28,090 bases of DNA from a virus (Duplodnaviria > Caudoviricetes). Numbering within the stretch: position 1 is the stretch's first letter; each line of letters begins with the position of its first letter. The translations under genes were made by a program, and so were the position numbers. The notes under the pieces are model-generated. The model was not told where the DNA came from, did not search any database, and saw nothing but the letters and a program-made list of their open reading frames with translations. This document shows, piece by piece, positions 24,206 through 28,090 of the stretch. The stretch is taken from positions 1 to 28,090 of IMG/VR virus record IMGVR_UViG_3300034103_000145; one strand, written 5' to 3'.

Positions 24206-26722
24206 ATGGCAAAGGCAGGCGGAACCTACCCGGACATCGTGCAGGGTGTCAGCGGCAAGCCGCAGCACCGTCGCCGCCCCGGACAGACGAGCGAACAGAT
24301 CAACATCCTGTCCGATCCGGTCGATGGTCTGGTGCGCAGGCGCGGCACACGCTTCGCAGCTCGCCTGCCTCTGACCATCTCCGGGGCTGCGAGGGCAGAG
24401 CTACAGAACATGGACGTGTTCGACTTCACGCAGGAAGGCCGCGAGTACGCACTGCTGTACCGTCGCGAGGCATCTCTGCTCGGGACCAACACGTTCGCGT
24501 TCCTGTACGACAAGACGGGAGAGACCTTCATCCCGATCACCTACGAGAACTCCGAGTGGGTGAACACTCTGGTAGCAGGGGGCGCTTCGTCCCTCGCCGC
24601 ACTCGGCAGCTACGTCTACATCGCAGGCAACACAACCGTGCCGGAAGCCACGAGCGAGAATCTGTGGCAGACGGACGACAACATCCACAAGCTCGCGGCA
24701 TGGATTCGCGTCGGTAAGTTCAACACGACGTACACCGTGACGCTGAAGCGGGAAGTCGGCCCATCGGTGGTGGTCACCTTTAAGACCGTGACGGCGGGCT
24801 ACCCGGGAATCCTCAGCACCGAAAACATCTCGTTCTACAAGCCGGACGGTACGACTCCCGACGAGGAGTACCAGAAGAAGGTCAACGACCGAGTGAACGA
24901 CTATAACTCCGCAGTCAATGCGTGGATCAGGACGAGCGCGGAGCAGACGCGGCCCGAGTACATCGCCGAGCAACTGTCGGACCTACTCGTGGACGAAGGA
25001 GTGAACGCCACGTACCTGAAGGGTGCCATCCTAATCGAAGACGAGGACTTCATCGACATCACGGTGGACGACGAGGGCGACGGGACCACGTTCTTTGCAG
25101 CGGGGCAGGAAATCACTGATGCCACCTACGCAACGAAGTACCACTTCCACGGCAAGATCATCCGTGTGCGTCCGAGTGGTGCTGGTGCCGACGAGGCATA
25201 CTACCTGCGGGCGGAACTGGAGACCGGGCAGCTCGGAGGCTTCGGCTCGGTGGACTGGTTCGAGACGGCAGGTGTTAGCTGCACCATCGACAACATGGTC
25301 TCGCAGCTTTACATCTACAACGGTCAGGCGTGCATCGCGCGCAACGGTGCGGGCATCACGGCCATCTTTCCCGGAAGCGGAGAGCACGTGGCCTACGCAG
25401 AACGCCGCGTGGGTGACGGTCTGACTTCGCCGATCCCGTGGTTCATCGGCAAGACGATCACGATGCTCTCGGTGTTCCAAGACCGGCTCATCGTCGGAAG
25501 CCAGAACTACGTCAGCGCCTCCAAGAGCAGCGACTACCTGAACTTCTGGCGCGGGAGCGTGGTGACCATCACCGACGACGACCCCGTGGAGATGTTCGCC
25601 TTTGGTTCCGAGGGGGACGTGCTGCGGCATGCTGTGCTATACAACGGCAACCTCGTGATCTTCGGTGACCGGCAGCAGTACGGTGTGAGCGGCGATGCAC
25701 TGCTGACTCCCAAGTCTCCCTTGATCCGGGCAGTGTCCGCGAACAAGGACGGGACCGACGCCAAGGCCCAGACGAGCGGAAACTTCATCTTCTACTCGCA
25801 GTTCGGCAGCGAGGGTGTAAGCTTCCACCAAATGCGGGTAGGCGCGTTGAACGGGCAGCAGACGGTCACCGACGAACTCAGCGATGAGCTGGACAAGTGG
25901 CTACTCGGTGCGCCGCTCCAGATCGCGGCAGTGACCGCGCCGAATCTAGTGATGTTCCGGACTCGCAACAACAAGAGCCTGTTCTACATCTACCGCTACG
26001 AGGACAACAAGAACAACGGGCAGCGCACGCTGGAAGCATGGACCAAGTTCATGTACCACGACTCCCTTGGAAACATCGTCGGCGTTAGCAGCTTCAAGAA
26101 GTCCGGCCTCGTGTTCACTGCACGCCCCGGCGGTATCGTGGCCGACGTTCTGGACTTCAAGTCGGGACTCGACGCCCACGGGTACATCGACTCCCGCATC
26201 CGCTACGCGGATCGGGCCGACAACGGCGTGCCTGACGGCGCGGTGGTGGTGAATGCGACGAGCGTGTACTTCCTGCTCGGCACACCGCTCTCCCGCATCG
26301 ACGAGTTCCTGTCGCAGTTCGATGATCTCAATCCGGCGGCGCTGGAGTTCGGTGTCGTGAGCGAGGCTCGGGTGACACCGAGTAATCCGTTCCCACGCGA
26401 CCAGAACGGGCAAGCGGTTCTGGATGGGCGCATGTCGCTCAACCGAGTAACCGCAGACGTGGCAGACACGGCAGGCATGATGTCTGAGGTTCGGACACGC
26501 AACAGCTTGCAGTCCTCGCTGGACTTCGAGGGACGCATACTCGGTTACAGTGACAACCTCGTGGCACGGCAGCCCATCTACTCGGGTCAGCTCTCGATCC
26601 CGGTGGGCCGTGAAGTGCGTGAGTGCAGCTACACGATCATCTCCAAAGACTGGCTCCCGCTTCGGGTGACCGGACTCTCGTGGGTTGGTCAAACTTTCAA
26701 CAACGTGAGGAGGGTTAGCTAA
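24206..26722 (+). CDS. Tail tubular protein B
   Basis: IVQGVSGKP...DPVDGLVRRRG, FQDRL, FW..S....DDDP motifs. Confidence 0.94.
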   Translation: MAKAGGTYPDIVQGVSGKPQHRRRPGQTSEQINILSDPVDGLVRRRGTRFAARLPLTISGAARAELQNMDVFDFTQEGREYALLYRREASLLGTNTFAFLYDKTGETFIPITYENSEWVNTLVAGGASSLAALGSYVYIAGNTTVPEATSENLWQTDDNIHKLAAWIRVGKFNTTYTVTLKREVGPSVVVTFKTVTAGYPGILSTENISFYKPDGTTPDEEYQKKVNDRVNDYNSAVNAWIRTSAEQTRPEYIAEQLSDLLVDEGVNATYLKGAILIEDEDFIDITVDDEGDGTTFFAAGQEITDATYATKYHFHGKIIRVRPSGAGADEAYYLRAELETGQLGGFGSVDWFETAGVSCTIDNMVSQLYIYNGQACIARNGAGITAIFPGSGEHVAYAERRVGDGLTSPIPWFIGKTITMLSVFQDRLIVGSQNYVSASKSSDYLNFWRGSVVTITDDDPVEMFAFGSEGDVLRHAVLYNGNLVIFGDRQQYGVSGDALLTPKSPLIRAVSANKDGTDAKAQTSGNFIFYSQFGSEGVSFHQMRVGALNGQQTVTDELSDELDKWLLGAPLQIAAVTAPNLVMFRTRNNKSLFYIYRYEDNKNNGQRTLEAWTKFMYHDSLGNIVGVSSFKKSGLVFTARPGGIVADVLDFKSGLDAHGYIDSRIRYADRADNGVPDGAVVVNATSVYFLLGTPLSRIDEFLSQFDDLNPAALEFGVVSEARVTPSNPFPRDQNGQAVLDGRMSLNRVTADVADTAGMMSEVRTRNSLQSSLDFEGRILGYSDNLVARQPIYSGQLSIPVGREVRECSYTIISKDWLPLRVTGLSWVGQTFNNVRRVS

Positions 26723-27585
26723 TGGGCGGCGTAAGTACCATCGTCCAATCCAACAACATCACCCGAATCGCCCGTGCCAACTACCGTGCTGCGGTTGCTC
26801 AGACCAAGAACACCAACAAGCTTGAAGTCGCAAAGGGCAACCTGTCCGAGTTTATGCGTTCCCTCAACAACCGGGAGCGCGTGAACGCTGCGTCGAAGGA
26901 ATACAACTTCCAGATGGAGCAGCTTTCGGAGGAGCTTCGCGCCAAGCAAGGTGCAAGCCTAAACACGCAGGCTCAGCTTGCTGCGGCGCGCGGGGCGCTT
27001 ACTGCGCAGGCAGGTTACGTGGGTGTCGGTGGCTCGTCTGCCGACCTCATGGATACGATGGTGCGGCTGCAATCCGAGATGGATCAGGAGATGCAGAACA
27101 ACGCACTCAACCTGATGGCAAGTCGCGGTGCCAAGCAGACGGCACAGATCATGGTGGGCGCGTACAAGGGAATGGACATCGGCCGAACCTTCGGCCAGTT
27201 CGACTTCAGCCAGCATATCGCGCCAAAGGCCATGAACAACCGATTCCTGAAGCTCGTCGGTGTGGCGGCTGCTACCTACTTCGGTGGCCCGCAGGCAGGC
27301 GAAGCGGCAGCAAACGCGGCTGTGGCAGAGTGGCAGGGACAGAACGGCGACTTCCAAGGTATGGGTGTCAGCATGGCGAAAGCCGGGCAAGGCGCAGCGG
27401 CTGCGTGGCAGCAGGCTTCGCAGCGCGGCGGTAAGTCGTGGGCTTCGGCCACGTTCGGTTACAACGACGGCACCGGACCTTCCTCACCGGCAGCTGCCGG
27501 TAGCGCGGGCACGGGCGCGAAGATCACCAAGGTGGGTGGCGAGGACAACTTCAACACCAAGACCAAGGGTCTCGGCTGGTTCTAA
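26722..27585 (+). CDS. Internal virion (ejection) protein
   Basis: Synteny after tubular B; Ala/Gly/Gln-rich; GVGGSS motif. Confidence 0.75.
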   Translation: MGGVSTIVQSNNITRIARANYRAAVAQTKNTNKLEVAKGNLSEFMRSLNNRERVNAASKEYNFQMEQLSEELRAKQGASLNTQAQLAAARGALTAQAGYVGVGGSSADLMDTMVRLQSEMDQEMQNNALNLMASRGAKQTAQIMVGAYKGMDIGRTFGQFDFSQHIAPKAMNNRFLKLVGVAAATYFGGPQAGEAAANAAVAEWQGQNGDFQGMGVSMAKAGQGAAAAWQQASQRGGKSWASATFGYNDGTGPSSPAAAGSAGTGAKITKVGGEDNFNTKTKGLGWF

Positions 27586-27600
27586 CAACAGGAGAACGCA

Positions 27601-28090
27601 ATGGCAACTGGTGATCCGGGTACGATCACCTTCAGCACCGAGACGGTCGGTGGCGGCGCGCTTGGCGTGTCCGCCACTGGCATCAATGCCGGTGTGCAAG
27701 GTGGAGGCGTAGCCCCGCTCCAAACGGTGCGGAGTGGTAGCGACTGGTTCGATAGCACCGGCGGCATGCGAATGCCCGACAACAACCTCCCTGAGTTCTT
27801 GGAGGAAATCACTGCCCCGAACCGAAAGGCTCTGGAGCAGCAGCAAATGTGGGACGGCTTTGTTGCCGCCCGCAGCGGCAAGACGATGGACGAGATTGCG
27901 GATGAGCAGCCGTGGTACAGCAAGCTGTTCGGTCCTACCAACTACGAGATTGGCGCACAGAACTACAACGTGCTGGAATCCGTATCCGTGATGGAGCAAG
28001 ACCTCATCACTCGGATGCCCGACCTTCGCAAGCTGCCGCCGGAAGCACTGGCGCAGGAGTTCAACCGTCTCGCGCAGGGCCAGATGACTG
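27601..28090 (+). CDS. Internal virion protein, N-terminal part (truncated by window end)
   Basis: CAGGAG RBS, ATG 27601, open to the end of the window; synteny. Confidence 0.8.
   Translation, partial: MATGDPGTITFSTETVGGGALGVSATGINAGVQGGGVAPLQTVRSGSDWFDSTGGMRMPDNNLPEFLEEITAPNRKALEQQQMWDGFVAARSGKTMDEIADEQPWYSKLFGPTNYEIGAQNYNVLESVSVMEQDLITRMPDLRKLPPEALAQEFNRLAQGQMT

Overview
This window is the left ~28 kb of a GC-rich, lytic T7/phiKMV-supergroup podophage (Autographivirales); all credible genes are on the + strand. In order it holds: an early leader with three near-consensus host sigma70 promoters; ~740 nt of non-coding, densely base-paired sequence; small early genes; a replication module (primase, DnaB-like helicase, family A DNA polymerase, 5'-3' exonuclease, endonuclease VII, DEDD exonuclease, dATP/dGTP diphosphohydrolase-like protein, ligase); a single-subunit RNA polymerase at the end of that module (phiKMV-type order); a duplicated 20-bp putative phage promoter; and morphogenesis genes (portal, scaffold, major capsid, tail tubular A and B, internal virion proteins, the last truncated). 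The most unusual observations are: (1) a candidate large structured ncRNA at ~410-1150 with a pseudoknot, mutually exclusive helices and partial group I ribozyme-like motifs; (2) two separate exact 30-bp tandem duplications of RBS+ATG regions; (3) an in-frame amber codon splitting what looks like one three-repeat protein; (4) a SAM-lyase-like early gene. All assignments come from reading motifs by eye; no searches or folding programs were run.
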